DNA of 63,958 nucleotides, counting the filler, from Octopus bimaculoides (Eukaryota), in the NCBI RefSeq assembly GCF_001194135.2. It is 4 parts of 4 records of this genome, joined end to end, with 100 filler letters (N's around TTAATTAATTAA, not from the genome) between each part and the next. Parts side by side here need not be neighbours in the genome. Positions count along the whole stretch, not along the records: positions 1 to 22,957 come from NC_068985.1; 3 more parts are not named here. One strand, 5' to 3'. This document shows positions 1-14,012 of this stretch, piece after piece. The number at the start of each line of letters is the position of its first letter. The first letter of the stretch is position 1. The notes beneath the pieces are model-generated. The model had not been told where the DNA came from, searched no databases, and was given only the letters and a program-made list of their open reading frames with translations. The translations under genes and the position numbers were made by a program.

Positions 1-19
1 TATATATATATATATGTCC

Positions 20-215
20 TTTAAGTCTACTTGTCATTAGATTGCGGCCATACTGGAACACCGCCTTGAATAATTTGTCGAAGAAATCACCGCACCACTT
101 ATTTATTTCTTGTTGCTGATACTTATTTCTTCTGATTCAGATACCGAAAAGTTACGTTTCGGGGACATGGACACAACAATACCATCTGTTAAGCTGTGTT
201 GGGGAAACATAGTAG
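20..215 (-). mobile_element. SINE family B, degenerate 3' half
   Basis: Reverse complement resembles the family B 3' module (aaggcggtg..ccag.atggccgca.tc.aatgac) seen at 22620-22667 and 40130-40170. Confidence 0.5.
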
Positions 216-244
216 GAACGATGAGACATACACACACATATATA

Positions 245-720
245 CAGGCTGCGTAAGATATTTGAGGACAGATTTATATTTATAAACAAAGAGATATATA
301 ATAACAGATAATAACTTCATCAAAAAGTGCTATGAAGATAAAAATAAAGATTCTTTTTTATAGTGTTATTCAATAAAGCCACCTTCAGCTTCAACAATTG
401 ATTGTATATGAGATCTAAATCGTCTACATGCTCGAATCAAGTGGTCCTGGTTCATTTGGAACACTACTCTGACTATAGCAACTTTCAAAGTATGTTTGGT
501 GTTATGGCCGTGTTCATTGACCCATCTCTCAACAACGCTCCACATGTAATTGTCCAATGGATTGCGATCTGGGTAATTAGGAGGCAAAATGTTGGGGTTT
601 ATGTGATCGTGAATATTTTCAGCCATCCATTCCTGTGTTGCTAGAGCCATGTTTGATAGTGCTGTGTCTTACTGAAACATATATGGCCTTCCATTGTATG
701 CACTCTACCCAAGGCTTAAC
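245..720 (-). mobile_element. Tc1/mariner DD37D (maT-type) transposon remnant, 3' part
   Basis: Minus-strand translation GRPYMFQ*DTALSNMALATQEWMAENIHDHINPNILPPNYPDRNPLDNYMWSVVE...CRRFRSHIQSIVEAEGGFIE*. There are 37 residues between the Q*D aspartate and the NPLD aspartate. The element ends at TA|CAGGCTGCG (245), homologous to the end at 50558. Confidence 0.85.
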
Positions 721-1726
721 ACTTATTTAAAGGACCTCAATATACGCGGTATGATCTGATTCAGAAGCAAACTTCTTCGCTAACAGACACTCTCGCACTC
801 TCGCGCATATGCATACATATATGTATGCACATGTGTATGTATGTATGTATGTATGTATATATATACATACATACATACATGCATACACTAATATACAAAT
901 ACCTATGAATATATATATATATATATATATATATANNNNNNNNNNNNNNNNNNNNNNNNNNNNNNNNNNNNNNNNNNNNNNNNNNNNNNNNNNNNNNNNN
1001 NNNNNNNNNNNNNNNNNNNNNNNNNNNNNNNNNNNNNNNNNNNNNNNNNNNNNNNNNNNNNNNNNNNNNNNNNNNNNNNNNNNNNNNNNNNNNNNNNNNN
1101 NNNNNNNNNNNNNNNNNNNNNNNNNNNNNNNNNNNNNNNNNNNNNNNNNNNNNNNNNNNNNNNNNNNNNNNNNNNNNNNNNNNNNNNNNNNNNNNNNNNN
1201 NNNNNNNNNNNNNNNNNNNNNNNNNNNNNNNNNNNNNNNNNNNNNNNNNNNNNNNNNNNNNNNNNNNNNNNNNNNNNNNNNNNNNNNNNNNNNNNNNNNN
1301 NNNNNNNNNNNNNNNNNNNNNNNNNNNNNNNNNNNNNNNNNNNNNNNNNNNNNNNNNNNNNNNNNNNNNNNNNNNNNNNNNNNNNNNNNNNNNNNNNNNN
1401 NNNNNNNNNNNNNNNNATGGTATATTCATAGTGCACAGGCGAATTCCGTCATCATTCCCCCAATCAGTTTCTCTCTGTTTCTTTCTTAAGCAGTTCCTTA
1501 GCTTTTTTAATACCATTTTATGAAAAGTAGTGCCGAGAATTTCCGCTCATTAGAATTGAACAGAATTCTGTGACAGCTTCATATAATTTCTTAAAGTAAG
1601 AAAATATTTGAACGTAGAAAAAATGTGCCATCTTCTGATATTTTTCGGTATTTTTGTAACTCTTTTATCCTTCACAGATACATATATTTGTCTTTATAAA
1701 TACATACGTACATATATATCTACACT

Positions 1727-1763
<37 letters not shown>

Positions 1764-1987
1764 TTATATATATATACATACGCACTTACGCCTACCTATG
1801 CATACATATATGTGTGACATATGTATGCATATATCATGCATATAGAATCTGTATGTGCATGTAAGTCTACTATATATGGTGTGCACAAATGTAATACGAA
1901 ACATACTTTTAGACTGGTGGCCTTTGGAAACATCTCACACATGATTATGTATACGATTCATGTATACATAAGTGTGTGTATGTGTGC

Positions 1988-2039
<52 letters not shown>

Positions 2040-3339
2040 NNNNNNNNNNNNNNNNNNNNNNNNNNNNNNNNNNNNNNNNNNNNNNNNNNNNNNNNNNNNN
2101 NNNNNNNNNNNNNNNNNNNNNNNNNNNNNNNNNNNNNNNNNNNNNNNNNNNNNNNNNNNNNNNNNNNNNNNNNNNNNNNNNNNNNNNNNNNNNNNNNNNN
2201 NNNNNNNNNNNNNNNNNNNNNNNNNNNNNNNNNNNNNNNNNNNNNNNNNNNNNNNNNNNNNNNNNNNNNNNNNNNNNNNNNNNNNNNNNNNNNNNNNNNN
2301 NNNNNNNNNNNNNNNNNNNNNNNNNNNNNNNNNNNNNNNNNNNNNNNNNNNNNNNNNNNNNNNNNNNNNNNNNNNNNNNNNNNNNNNNNNNNNNNNNNNN
2401 NNNNNNNNNNNNNNNNNNNNNNNNNNNNNNNNNNNNNNNNNNNNNNNNNNNNNNNNNNNNNNNNNNNNNNNNNNNNNNNNNNNNNNNNNNNNNNNNNNNN
2501 NNNNNNNNNNNNNNNNNNNNNNNNNNNNNNNNNNNNNNNNNNNNNNNNNNNNNNNNNNNNNNNNNNNNNNNNNNNNNNNNNNNNNNNNNNNNNNNNNNNN
2601 NNNNNNNNNNNNNNNNNNNNNNNNNNNNNNNNNNNNNNNNNNNNNNNNNNNNNNNNNNNNNNNNNNNNNNNNNNNNNNNNNNNNNNNNNNNNNNNTATAT
2701 ATATATATGCCTGTGTGTGTGTGTGTATAATATATGTTACAAATATACATTATATGAATGCACCATTGGTTATGCATATTTTCTTATGTATACAATGCCA
2801 TATACATATGTGTGTTGGTCTATAGATGTGTGGGTGTATGTGTGTGTATGTGTGTATATATACAGACGTTGGTCTAGAAGTACCTTGAGGATTTAAATTA
2901 CATATGCAGTTTTGATTTTATTTTTCTTTAATTCGATTCTATTTTGCTCTGAATATCTGCTGGTACAATAATGCTTTATATATATTTTAAAATATATTAT
3001 TAATAAAAAAAAATGAAGGAATATTTCGTGCTTTAAAAATGACACAATTTGACGAATCAATCGTACAATTCCGAAGGATATGGAAGAAACAAATAAATAA
3101 GAAACCTCATAGATAATGGCGAAAGTTTGAAGAGATTATTTTTTTTAAATACCTCCTCATTAGAGAAATTTTCCTAGGTTTGGAAGGCCAATCAACCTCC
3201 CTGAAACGCAACCATCTGTTACCATTCGTTATCAATATAATCGGAATAGTTCTATAGTTCTCTTCTACACCTTGATAAAAGATGTTTCAAATCCATTGAC
3301 ATTAAGAATTTTACATTTATTTATATGTCAAATCATAAC

Positions 3340-3552
3340 GTAGTGAACTGGCCGAATCGTTAGCACGCCGGGCAAAATGTTTAGCTGTATTTCGTCCGTC
3401 TTTAGGTTGTGAGTTCAAATTCCCCGAGGTCCACTTCGCTTTCAATTCTTTCGAGGATGATAAAATAATAACCATTTGAGTACTGGGGTTGATGTAATCC
3501 ACTAGCTCCTTCCCGAAATTGCTGGCCTTGTGCCAAAATTTGGAACCAACAT
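3340..3552 (+). mobile_element. tRNA-derived SINE family A
   Basis: Head with pol III A-box-like tggccgaatcg and B-box gagttcaaattcc; body and tail ttgctggccttgtgccaaaattt shared with many copies in the window. Confidence 0.8.
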
Positions 3553-3564
3553 TTCAAACCTTAT

Positions 3565-3768
3565 GAGGGCGGTGAGCTGGCTAAATCGTTAACCTTCCTG
3601 GCCAAATATTTAGCGGTATTTCGTCAGTTTTTACCTTCTGAATTCAAATTCCGTCGGTGTAATTTCGCCTTTCATCCTTTCGGTGTCTATAAAGTAAGTA
3701 CTAGTTGATACTAGAGTCGATACATCAGAATTCCGCATCCACCACGAAAATGCTGGCCCAGTGCCAAC
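3565..3768 (+). mobile_element. SINE family A (tandem to previous copy)
   Basis: gcggtgagctggc...gaattcaaattcc...tttcatcctttcgg...tgctggcc. Confidence 0.75.
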
Positions 3769-3782
3769 ATATATACATATAT

Positions 3783-3946
3783 ACGACTGGCTTCTTTCAG
3801 TTTCCGTCTACCAAATCCACTCCCGAGGTTTTGGTCGGCCCGAGGCTATAGTAGAAGACACTTGCCCAAGTTGCCACGCAGTGGAACTGAACCTGGAAAC
3901 ATGTGGTTGGTAAGAAAGTTGCTTACCACACAGCCGCTCCTGCGCC
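3783..3946 (-). mobile_element. SINE family B 5' half
   Basis: Reverse complement ggcgcaggagcggctgtgtggtaag...ggttcagttccactgcgtggcaacttgggcaagtgtcttctactatagcc...gaaagaagcc.gtcg, then TA/CATA repeat. Confidence 0.85.
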
Positions 3947-4044
3947 TCCAACGTAACATGTAAATATCCCTTTTTTACTCTATGTAGGATACTGAGGTAC
4001 AGATATTAAAAATATTTATATATACGCAGATATTATTGTTTGCA

Positions 4045-4048
<4 letters not shown>

Positions 4049-4116
<68 letters not shown>
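4049..4116. repeat. (GT)n microsatellite
   Basis: Uninterrupted GT dinucleotide run. Confidence 0.95.
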
Positions 4117-4117
<1 letters not shown>

Positions 4118-4906
4118 TGCGTGTGCTTGTCTGTGTTTACGCGTGTGTGCTTGCTACTTACACAGTAGAAAAACCATCCTACCCAATTAAAATTGGAGAA
4201 AGGATGTTAGATTCACATTTCATTTATTACTTTTAGTGACAAAAATTTCGTCGCACCTCTGTGAGTTAATTTCTATAACAGATCCCCAGCAACAGTTGAA
4301 TTTTAGTGACAGGTGATTTTTTTCATAAAACTCGGTATTTTGTCCTTTCAATTTTACGCCTATATTAGCTGTTGATTTCTTTGTTTGCATTTTCCAAGTT
4401 TCGTCTTGTTTTTTATTAAACTTTCGGACACAAGGTTCCGTTGTGTTTCTGCCGTATGAACTTTCCACAGAGATCTCTCTTCATTACATTTAGGTTCAAC
4501 TATTCTGTTTGTCTATATTGCAACAATACATCTTCCTGTCCCCTTCTTTCTGCTTCATTTTCCCCTTCGTTCGACATCGTGGTTGGCTTCGAATCGAAAG
4601 AAACACCATTTGCTCTCTCTGTTTCTCTCTATTTCACTCTCTCTCTCCCCTCTCTCTCTCTCTCTCTCTTTATCTAGAAATATTTGTGTATATATTTATG
4701 TGTCTGTTTGTTTGTGTGTTTGTGTGTGCGTGCATGTCTGTGCGTATATGTCTGTGCGTACGTGTCTGTGCGCGTGTCTAATGAATATTTGAAATATAGT
4801 GTACATCTATTGAAATGCCATTCCTGCCAAAATGAATGATATATGAAGCTGTATGTTGTACAGTAAAGAAGTTCGAGTATAAATTAGAAATGATGTAATG
4901 GATAAA

Positions 4907-4958
<52 letters not shown>

Positions 4959-5495
4959 TAGATAGATAGATAGATAGATATGTACATATGTATGAATGTA
5001 TTTAGGCATGTATGCAATTNNNNNNNNNNNNNNNNNNNNNNNNNNNNNNNNNNNNNNNNNNNNNNNNNNNNNNNNNNNNNNNNNNNNNNNNNNNNNNNNN
5101 NNNNNNNNNNNNNNNNNNNNNNNNNNNNNNNNNNNNNNNNNNNNNNNNNNNNNNNNNNNNNNNNNNNNNNNNNNNNNNNNNNNNNNNNNNNNNNNNNNNN
5201 NNNNNNNNNNNNNNNNNNNNNNNNNNNNNNNNNNNNNNNNNNNNNNNNNNNNNNNNNNNNNNNNNNNNNNNNNNNNNNNNNNNNNNNNNNNNNNNNNNNN
5301 NNNNNNNNNNNNNNNNNNNNNNNNNNNNNNNNNNNNNNNNNNNNNNNNNNNNNNNNNNNNNNNNNNNNNNNNNNNNNNNNNNNNNNNNNNNNNNNNNNNN
5401 NNNNNNNNNNNNNNNNNNNNNNNNNNNNNNNNNNNNNNNNNNNNNNNNNNNNNNNNNNNNNNNNNNNNNNNNNNNNNNNNNNNNNNNNNNNNNNN

Positions 5496-5532
<37 letters not shown>

Positions 5533-5846
5533 GTGTCTGTGTGTCTGTGTGTCTGTGTATGTATACGTATACGTGCGTGTGCGTGTGGGTATGTGTGTGT
5601 GCGTGTGCGTATGTGTGTGTGCACGCGCGTGTACGCGTGTGAATTAGAATAAAGAATATACATACAAAATGGGGTATTACATAAGAGCATTTAATTTATC
5701 ATTTTAACATACTGCGTCGTAGATTTAGTAAATACGTAATGTCTCTTACGACAGTTTGTAGGCTAGCTAAGCATGTGGAGCACGTGTTTTTTGGGTAAAG
5801 ATTTCTACAAAAGTTATTTCGTCATCGGAGGAGAAAGAGAGAGAGA

Positions 5847-5885
<39 letters not shown>

Positions 5886-5895
5886 NNNNNNNNNN

Positions 5896-5933
<38 letters not shown>

Positions 5934-6239
5934 AATAATGTTCTTTCCGAAGTGTATAATTAGTCATCAGTTCCTCGAAGGAGTAGGGAGTATCCAAAGT
6001 AGATAGTCTTTCCATTGATGAAGTATCAAGGAAAATCCAAGGTAAACGATGATAGAAGTCATTATCTCCATCTTTGAAGAAAACGAGAGCTAGAAACGCG
6101 TGTAGTAGTGCAGGACAGCTTGAAGGAGCGATAGAGTAGTTATGAATGGTCTCGAGAGTAGTTGCAACAATGAGGGCGTATATAACAAGAGTTCACGGAT
6201 GTATATAAAGTACATATAGATCTTCTGTCTTCTATCTTT

Positions 6240-6598
6240 TACTTCTTCCATTCATTTGACTCCAGCTAGGTCACCGTCCTGAGGGTTTTAGTTGACCAAA
6301 TTGACTTCAGGTCTGAATTTTGTAAAGCCTGGTACTTATTCTATCTGTCCCTTTTTTCTGAACTGCTAGATTATGCGCAGATAAACACACCAACACTGGT
6401 TGTGAATCACAGACTTAAAGACATACGAACATTGACATATACATATATGAGCAACGGGATTCTTTCAATTCCCGCCTAGCAAATCGATGCACAAGGCTTT
6501 CGTCAGACCGAGACTAAAACAGAAGAAACTTGCCCAAGGTGACACACAGTGAGACTGAACACAGTACCATGTGGTTGGGAAGCAAGTTTCTTAGCACA
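6240..6598 (-). mobile_element. SINE family B, full-length degenerate
   Basis: Both halves recognisable on the minus strand, with a short internal CATA/TA tract near 6420-6450. Confidence 0.7.
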
Positions 6599-6633
6599 CA
6601 AACACACACATAAACACACACCCACACACCCAC

Positions 6634-6674
<41 letters not shown>

Positions 6675-7092
6675 NNNNNNNNNNNNNNNNNNNNNNNNNN
6701 NNNNNNNNNNNNNNNNNNNNNNNNNNNNATATATATATATATATATATATACACATACATACATATAGATATATATGTATATATACACACACACACGCAC
6801 TTCATACTGATACGTCGTGGACTTGCGGCCAATTCACATCTGATTCAGTTCGAGTACGCGTTGTTGATAAGCGACAAATGTGGTGAAACTGTAATGTCCA
6901 TCGCTCTTGAATTGGATTTGTAGTGAGTTGTCTCACCTTCCTATGACTTTCAGATGTTTTAACACCTGGCACTTTGAGAGAGTAATCTCCACCATGCCAA
7001 AAAAAAAAAAGCATTATTTTAGGCATGTTTGGTCAATAATGTTTACTTCGATTTCATATTTGAATGCACACACATACATGCATACACACACA

Positions 7093-7132
<40 letters not shown>

Positions 7133-7142
7133 NNNNNNNNNN

Positions 7143-7180
<38 letters not shown>

Positions 7181-7989
7181 TTAATTAGAGCTTAAAATAG
7201 CCTCACTAAGAGATAATAATATGCCATAAATAACTGGTTCGTTATCTACTATTTTTTGTGAATAGTAATAGTCATAAAATAATAGGTCTGAATAGAAATC
7301 TAGATTTGTAAATATTCAAAAAGAAAATGGAGATAAAGCATTAATATAATCTATTAACTACAAAATTCCGAGCTGTTTCAATTTAGCATAAAGATTAAAT
7401 TACAATAAGTAAATAATTGCATTCGGCAAAATTTGATTAGATGGGCAGAAAAGATATACCTTTAGGTTATTAGGTGTTGTGTGTTTAAATCATCTTACCA
7501 GACTGAGCTAATTTGAAAACACATCTGCTGAGATGATTTGAAAACACAATACCTAACGGTATATGTTTTTTACCCCTCTGATGAGATTTTGCATGATACA
7601 CTGATTTAATTATTGTAATTTAACCTTTAGGCTAAATTAAACCAGCTGTAAGAGAACATGTTGGATTTTTGCAGGTAATAAATTATATTAATGCTACATC
7701 TCCATTTTCTAAATGTTCTTTTNNNNNNNNNNTATATATGAATTATTATTTCTAAATCTCTGAACGAGAAACATTCAGTAACAGTAGTCTTATTTGCCAA
7801 CATAATGAGGCGATCTTGATTAGGACGAATGTTACTGTTATTTAGCCCTAGGAAACATCGTTCCCATCTGCCTATCGATGCACTGTCTGCGTCTTTATAT
7901 TTTCGAACAAGAGAGCTTAGTGTCCTCGCTCAGCTCAGAGCAATATCTGTGTACCAATTGTTTTTGAATTACTTCCCTTCGTCTAGTAT

Positions 7990-9155
7990 GAAGATAACAG
8001 TAAATCTATTGGGGATCGTTTCTCTATATTTTGCCAACTCAGTGTTGGAATATGTGGAACAAAACCTAAATTTAAAAAATGAGGAGAACTACGTCATGAC
8101 ATTTAGACGCCATATAGAGGACACATGGAAAATATACATCGATGATTATTCCCTAATTTGGACCATATTCCTAGAAAATCTGGAAGAATTTCAGCACCCT
8201 CTTCAACAATCAACACCCTTGTCTCAAATTCACAACGGAAACGAGCAACACGCAATTAACGTTTCTTGACATAATGCTAATTAAAACAACGCAAGAATCA
8301 CAACTGATATTTATTACAAAGGCACAGATGCACACTAGTACCTAAATTTCAAATCATGTCACCCAACACACACAAAAATGCAACATTCCGTATTGTTCAG
8401 CCAGGAAAATTTGTATAGTAGATTATCTAAATACCAGGAACATACGACTTATAGAATTCGAAGAGTTTCTGCTAATGCAAATTTACCTTCTTCTGCTTAT
8501 AGAAAATAGCATACAACGAGCAAAAGAGATACGTATAGAACAACTTAGGGCAACACGAGAAAGACGAACCCATCAACGAAACACAATACCGTTTCTAGTA
8601 ATATACAATCCGCATTAACAAAACATTTTTAACATGATCAAAACAAATTTGCCAATCATGAAACAAAGTCAAAAATTAGAAAACAAACATAACTAATGAA
8701 ACACTTATCATAAGCATAAGCAACAACATAACCTAAAAGAACTATTAAAAAAGGCAAACTTCAGTATGATCAAACAAGATAAAACATTCATAGTATCCAA
8801 ATGTAATGATAACAAATGTAGAACGTGTTAGTACATGTATACTTGTAGATCCATTGGAATAAAAAATGAACAGATTTCGCAAATGCAGATATGAACTGCA
8901 AACGCAGTAATTTGATCTACTATCCAAATTACGAAGAACTGACGAGACAGGGAATGCATTATTGGAACGCTCACGAGTTAACAGACAACAAATCCGGAAC
9001 ACTAATGTTCACTTAATTCCACTGAGCGAACATATTTGGTTAGAAAATATTTCTAATTTTTCCTCTCCAAAAATACATGGCACAAGTTAGGTTGGAAGTA
9101 AGATAAAAGAAAAACGGTTTATTAAAATGTTCAAACCTTTTCTGAACGGACATAA
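7990..9155 (+). mobile_element. Penelope-like retroelement remnant (RT C-terminal half + GIY-YIG endonuclease)
   Basis: FANSVLEYVEQ; YIDD at 8135-8146 (IYIDDYSLIWT); then across frameshifts HPCLKFTTE..TFLDI, YYKGTDAH*YLNFKSCHPTH, SKCNDNKCRTC, NCKRSNLIY, ETGNAL, FIKMFKPFLN*. Confidence 0.85.
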
Positions 9156-10844
9156 CAACAATAATATAATAACCAGTTAATGATGTGGATTACAAATATC
9201 TTTAACGTATGAATTTAAAGAAATTAGAGAAGACTGACACCTATTGAAATAAAAAGATTGAAACCAACTAGGTTTGCTCACTCATGAAACCATTACATGT
9301 AAACCGCAAGCTAACTGCTTGAAATAAAGGCGGGATCTATGCCAGTAATATCGATACACCCGGCAAACCGTGACATTTAAGCTGCATGCAGAGGGTCAAA
9401 TCCTTATCCAAAAATTCAACGTTTTGAAGCCTCCTAAGAAGTACAAAAATGAAGTCAGTTATTTTATTCTTGTTGTCAAGAACCCAACTGGTAATTAATT
9501 ACATTTTGAAATCTGATGATTACTATGAACGTAAGGAAGCACTAACTGAACTTTATGAACATTACAAAATAGTTTTTAAATTTCTAACACACTTCAACAA
9601 TGTAAAAAAAGATATATCTTTTAAACATCATAATAAAAAAAACGTGAAAACCAGAAGAATGTATTGAATAAATTAGGAGATGATGATGATTAGATAAATA
9701 TACTAATTCATTTAAAAGAGTTTATGCCATATCTGTACTACATATTATAAAGTATTATATAGCAATACAAAGATTTTTGTCTAACTGTATTTATATTTGT
9801 GGTAAAATCTAAAGGTTTTGAAAATCTATGATCACAAGTGGAGAGTACTACATGTATATAGGGAAGAACCAGGAAAGTTCAGCCACCTTTTTTCATAATG
9901 AGCCATATTTCCCAAAATCTGCATTGTTGTTTGGAGAACTTGTCATTTGAAGTTTAGATACTCTGTTATAATACATTGCGGGTTATGATATTGAAGGTGA
10001 TTGCATTTCAATATAGTACTCAGTTTTTAAAAAAATGGTCAAATGTCACAAGTCTCCTGCAGAGTGAAGAGTATTGAGCATACTCATAATGAGAGTTGAG
10101 CCATCCTGGGAGAGTTGTGTCACCTTGTAAATGGGAGTAGAGAAAGACATGTTTCGCTTGTAAATCTTCTTGTGTGACCTAGTATAAAGTGTTGGTACAA
10201 TGATAATTGTCGCCATAAATATGCATGATTTCGTGAATGGAAATACAATGACATTTGCTAAGAGAGTCTAAAAACTGTCAGTTATGAAACAAAACACAAG
10301 GAAACACAAGTTTCACCACTTTTCTGTAGTCAAACATTCACTCGGAGTCCAGGAGTGTAACGTTCAAAGAAATCTAGAACGGTGATGACACAAGATATCA
10401 AAGATGATGTCAAAATCAGTGCAGGTTCCACCAATCGAGATTACAGCGAAACTGAAAATATGTGGTAATTTCTTTGTGATGTCTGACTTTGACCAAAGTG
10501 CTTCATCCTCGATAAATCTCCAATGCATAGGCTAAATGTTGCCTACACTGCCACAAAAATAGCTGTACCTATGTAAATAATAGAGAGAGAGTTTTAGCTC
10601 TAAGACTGGAATCTACTTTCGTAAGTAGTTTAGCGTTCTTCCTTCAATTCATGTCCATAAAGCTGTTATGCAACTATTTGCTACAACTGAAAAGAAAGAT
10701 ATGTGACACTCTGCCAACAGAAGGGGTTTGAACTTTCTTTCTGGAATACAAGTGATATATATAGGTGTCGGATCAACTCTCCCTATGGCTCAACTCTCCC
10801 TATGGCTCAACTCAGCTCGATCTCCTCTCTCTCTCTCTCTCTCT

Positions 10845-10924
<80 letters not shown>

Positions 10925-11261
10925 ATGAATATGTCTCCACACACATACACATATACATACATACGTGCATGCATACATACATGTATACATATATATATAT
11001 ATGTATATATATATGTGTGTGTGTGTGTGTGTCTGTGCGTGCGTGTGTGTGTGCGTGTATATATATGTATATATATATTATGTTGTGTGCGTGTATTTAT
11101 ATACTGGACGTGTAATTGAGCGAAAACTAAAGAAGTAAAGCAACAAAGAAGGGATACGTTTTATCAAATGTTGTATTTGTTCAACCCTAAATGACAGAAG
11201 AAAAATATCTTTACAACGTTTCGGACGGATGTTCTTCATAAAAAGAAAATCTAAGGAGGAG

Positions 11262-11352
11262 AAAGAAAGAAAGAAAGACAGACAGAAAGAAAGAAAGAAA
11301 GAGAGAAAGAAATAAAGAAATAAAGAAAGAAAGAAAGAAAGAAATAAAGAGA
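11262..11352. repeat. (GAAA)n-type microsatellite
   Basis: Imperfect gaaa/taaa tetranucleotide run. Confidence 0.85.
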
Positions 11353-11889
11353 AAAATTGATTCAAAAATAAAAGAAAACTCCAAAGCTGTATTAGTTGCC
11401 AAGAAGGGAGAGAGAGACGCTATCGTATGAGTGTGCATGTATAGAAGAAGTGTGTTTTGAGATGGAGACTAGAGGAGGAACACTTGTGTGTGGAATTTTG
11501 GGTGTGTGTGTATGTCTATAGGACTGTGCATGTCTGAGAGTATAGTGACGTGGGCGAATATGAGTGTGAGTTGTTGGGTTGTGCCTATAACTGTATTGGG
11601 TGTGATGAATACGAGAATGTTGATAATGCAGAAGCGGAAACGAGTGGGAAATGAAAAGGAAGGCAAAAAGAATGTGATGTATATAGGAAAGTATAGAGAG
11701 AGGAGAAGTCCTGGGAGGAGATAGAGTGAATGAGAAATACACTGAACGGAGATGGAAAACGATGGGAAGAGATAAATAGCGATGAACTGAAAGGTAGTAG
11801 GAATGATTTAAGACAACATATTGCCATAAAGGTAGAAAAGCACTTACAGTAAAGATTTATTGACCTGTCGCTGTATCGTCAAAAGATCA

Positions 11890-12261
11890 AGAAGCTGGGA
11901 AATCAGACAAGGATTTTAAATCTAGATGTAAGTAAAATCTGTGAATATTAGTGACTAATATATACGAGCAGAAATAGTATGACTAAATGTAAAATGTAAA
12001 TAGCTTCACATCTCTTTAGTAGAAAGAGCATAAAATTGGTGATGTATGAAAAAATTCTGTGATGATTTTTGCCGCCTGTATCTATAAAAGGTTACCTGAG
12101 AGTGAACAAGTAAAATGAAAGGGAAAGAGTTCAGCAAGAAAGTATAACACTAATTAACAATTAGAGTAAATATAAACTCGAAAGATAATTAGTGCCATAA
12201 GACAAAAAGACGAAATAAATATCAAAGTGACGAAATGAAAAAAAAGGAACTATCAGCGGGG

Positions 12262-12265
<4 letters not shown>
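11890..12265. repeat. Unclassified dispersed repeat, copy 1
   Basis: Collinear blocks shared with 15045-15415: ataaaat.ggtgatgtatgaaaaa, atctataaaaggttacct, aaagtataa..taattaacaattag, tcgaaagataattag, atcaaagtg. Confidence 0.6.
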
Positions 12266-12294
<29 letters not shown>

Positions 12295-12493
12295 NNNNNN
12301 NNNNNNNNNNNNNNNNNNNNNNNNNNNNNNNNNNNNNNNNNNNNNNNNNNNNNNNNNNNNNNNNNNNNNNNNNNNNNNNNNNNNNNNNNNNNNNNNNNNN
12401 NNNNNNNNNNNNNNNNNNNNNNNNNNNNNNNNNNNNNNNNNNNNNNNNNNNNNNNNNNNNNNNNNNNNNNNNNNNNNNNNNNNNNNNNNNNNN

Positions 12494-12530
<37 letters not shown>

Positions 12531-13109
12531 ATATATATATATGTATAAATGTAGGTATGTATGTTTGTATTTATGCGTAGCGGAACATGATTAGTATAAA
12601 GACAATATTAAAGTACTAATGAAATAAAGGTAATAATTATCAAGTCGTGGTATTATTAGAGAGTGAGATCTTACCCACTGATTTACAGTGTATAAATACC
12701 ATACAGTATTAAAGAACAAAATCATAATTGGAGTAAATTATTTAATCTAGTGATAAATGTTGAGAGTAAGTAGTAAGAGTCTATACAACTTATTTGCAAG
12801 GGCAATTAAGGGTGGCGATCTAAAAATACAATCCCTTTCCGTTGAAAAAGGGGTCAAAAACTGCTCCAAGAAATTTCTGGAGCTTAGCGAACGGTAGCGA
12901 CCTGTAACAACTGAATTATATACAATAATTTATATAATTGTTTACAATTCTAATGTGATGTACACAGTAAAAGGACCGAAAGATGAACACAGAAGCCATT
13001 TAAACCAATTAAAAAAAAAAGATACACCAAAAACCAAGAGAGACAAGAGGAACAAACGGATATATGGTATGATTTGTTCGAGGTCCCAGAAACACAAGCG
13101 AAAGCGGAA

Positions 13110-13240
13110 CCGACACGTAGGTCGAGTAGGAAGAGAAAACCTACAGAAAACAATTGCCCAAGGTGTCACAAAGTGGATTTAAGATCCGAACGACATGATT
13201 ATTGAAGCAAACTTCTTACTATACATTCAATTCTGCGCAT
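13110..13240 (-). mobile_element. SINE family B head, highly degenerate
   Basis: ttgcccaaggtgtcacaaagtgga...gaagcaaacttcttact...ctgcgc matches the reverse complement of the B head. Confidence 0.5.
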
Positions 13241-13284
13241 GTTTTTCCTAATTTTAATATTCCATTTTCTCCTTAATCTACGCT

Positions 13285-13981
13285 AATACATACATGGCTT
13301 TGTAGTGAGAAGCTTACTTCCCAACCAAACGGTTTTCGGTTCAATCCCATTGTATGGCATTTTGGATAAGTGTCTTCTACTTGCGAGTGGATTTGGCAAA
13401 CGGAAAACGAAAATGTCCGTCGTATATATATATATATATATATNNNNNNNNNNNNNNNNNNNNNNNNNNNNNNNNNNNNNNNNNNNNNNNNNNNNNNNNN
13501 NNNNNNNNNNNNNNNNNNNNNNNNNNNNNNNNNNNNNNNNNNNNNNNNNNNNNNNNNNNNNNNNNNNNNNNNNNNNNNNNNNNNNNNNNNNNNNNNNNNN
13601 NNNNNNNNNNNNNNNNNNNNNNNNNNNNNNNNNNNNNNNNNNNNNNNNNNNNNNNNNNNNNNNNNNNNNNNNNNNNNNNNNNNNNNNNNNNNNNNNNNNN
13701 NNNNNNNNNNNNNNNNNNNNNNNNNNNNNNNNNNNNNNNNNNNNNNNNNNNNNNNNNNNNNNNNNNNNNNNNNNNNNNNNNNNNNNNNNNNNNNNNNNNN
13801 NNNNNNNNNNNNNNNNNNNNNNNNNNNNNNNNNNNNNNNNNNNNNNNNNNNNNNNNNNNNNNNNNNNNNNNNNNNNNNNNNNNNNNNNNNNNNNNNNNNN
13901 NNNNNNNNNNNNNNNNNNNNNNNNNNNNNNNNNNNNNNNNNNNNNNNNNNNNNNNNNNNNNNNNNNNNNNNNNNNNNNNNN

Positions 13982-14012
<31 letters not shown>

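Noticed and set aside
10778-10818. 17-bp tandem duplication tcaactctccctatggc x2 (similar small duplications near 25540, 50757 and 53743)
   Set aside because: Ordinary slippage duplications next to simple repeats.
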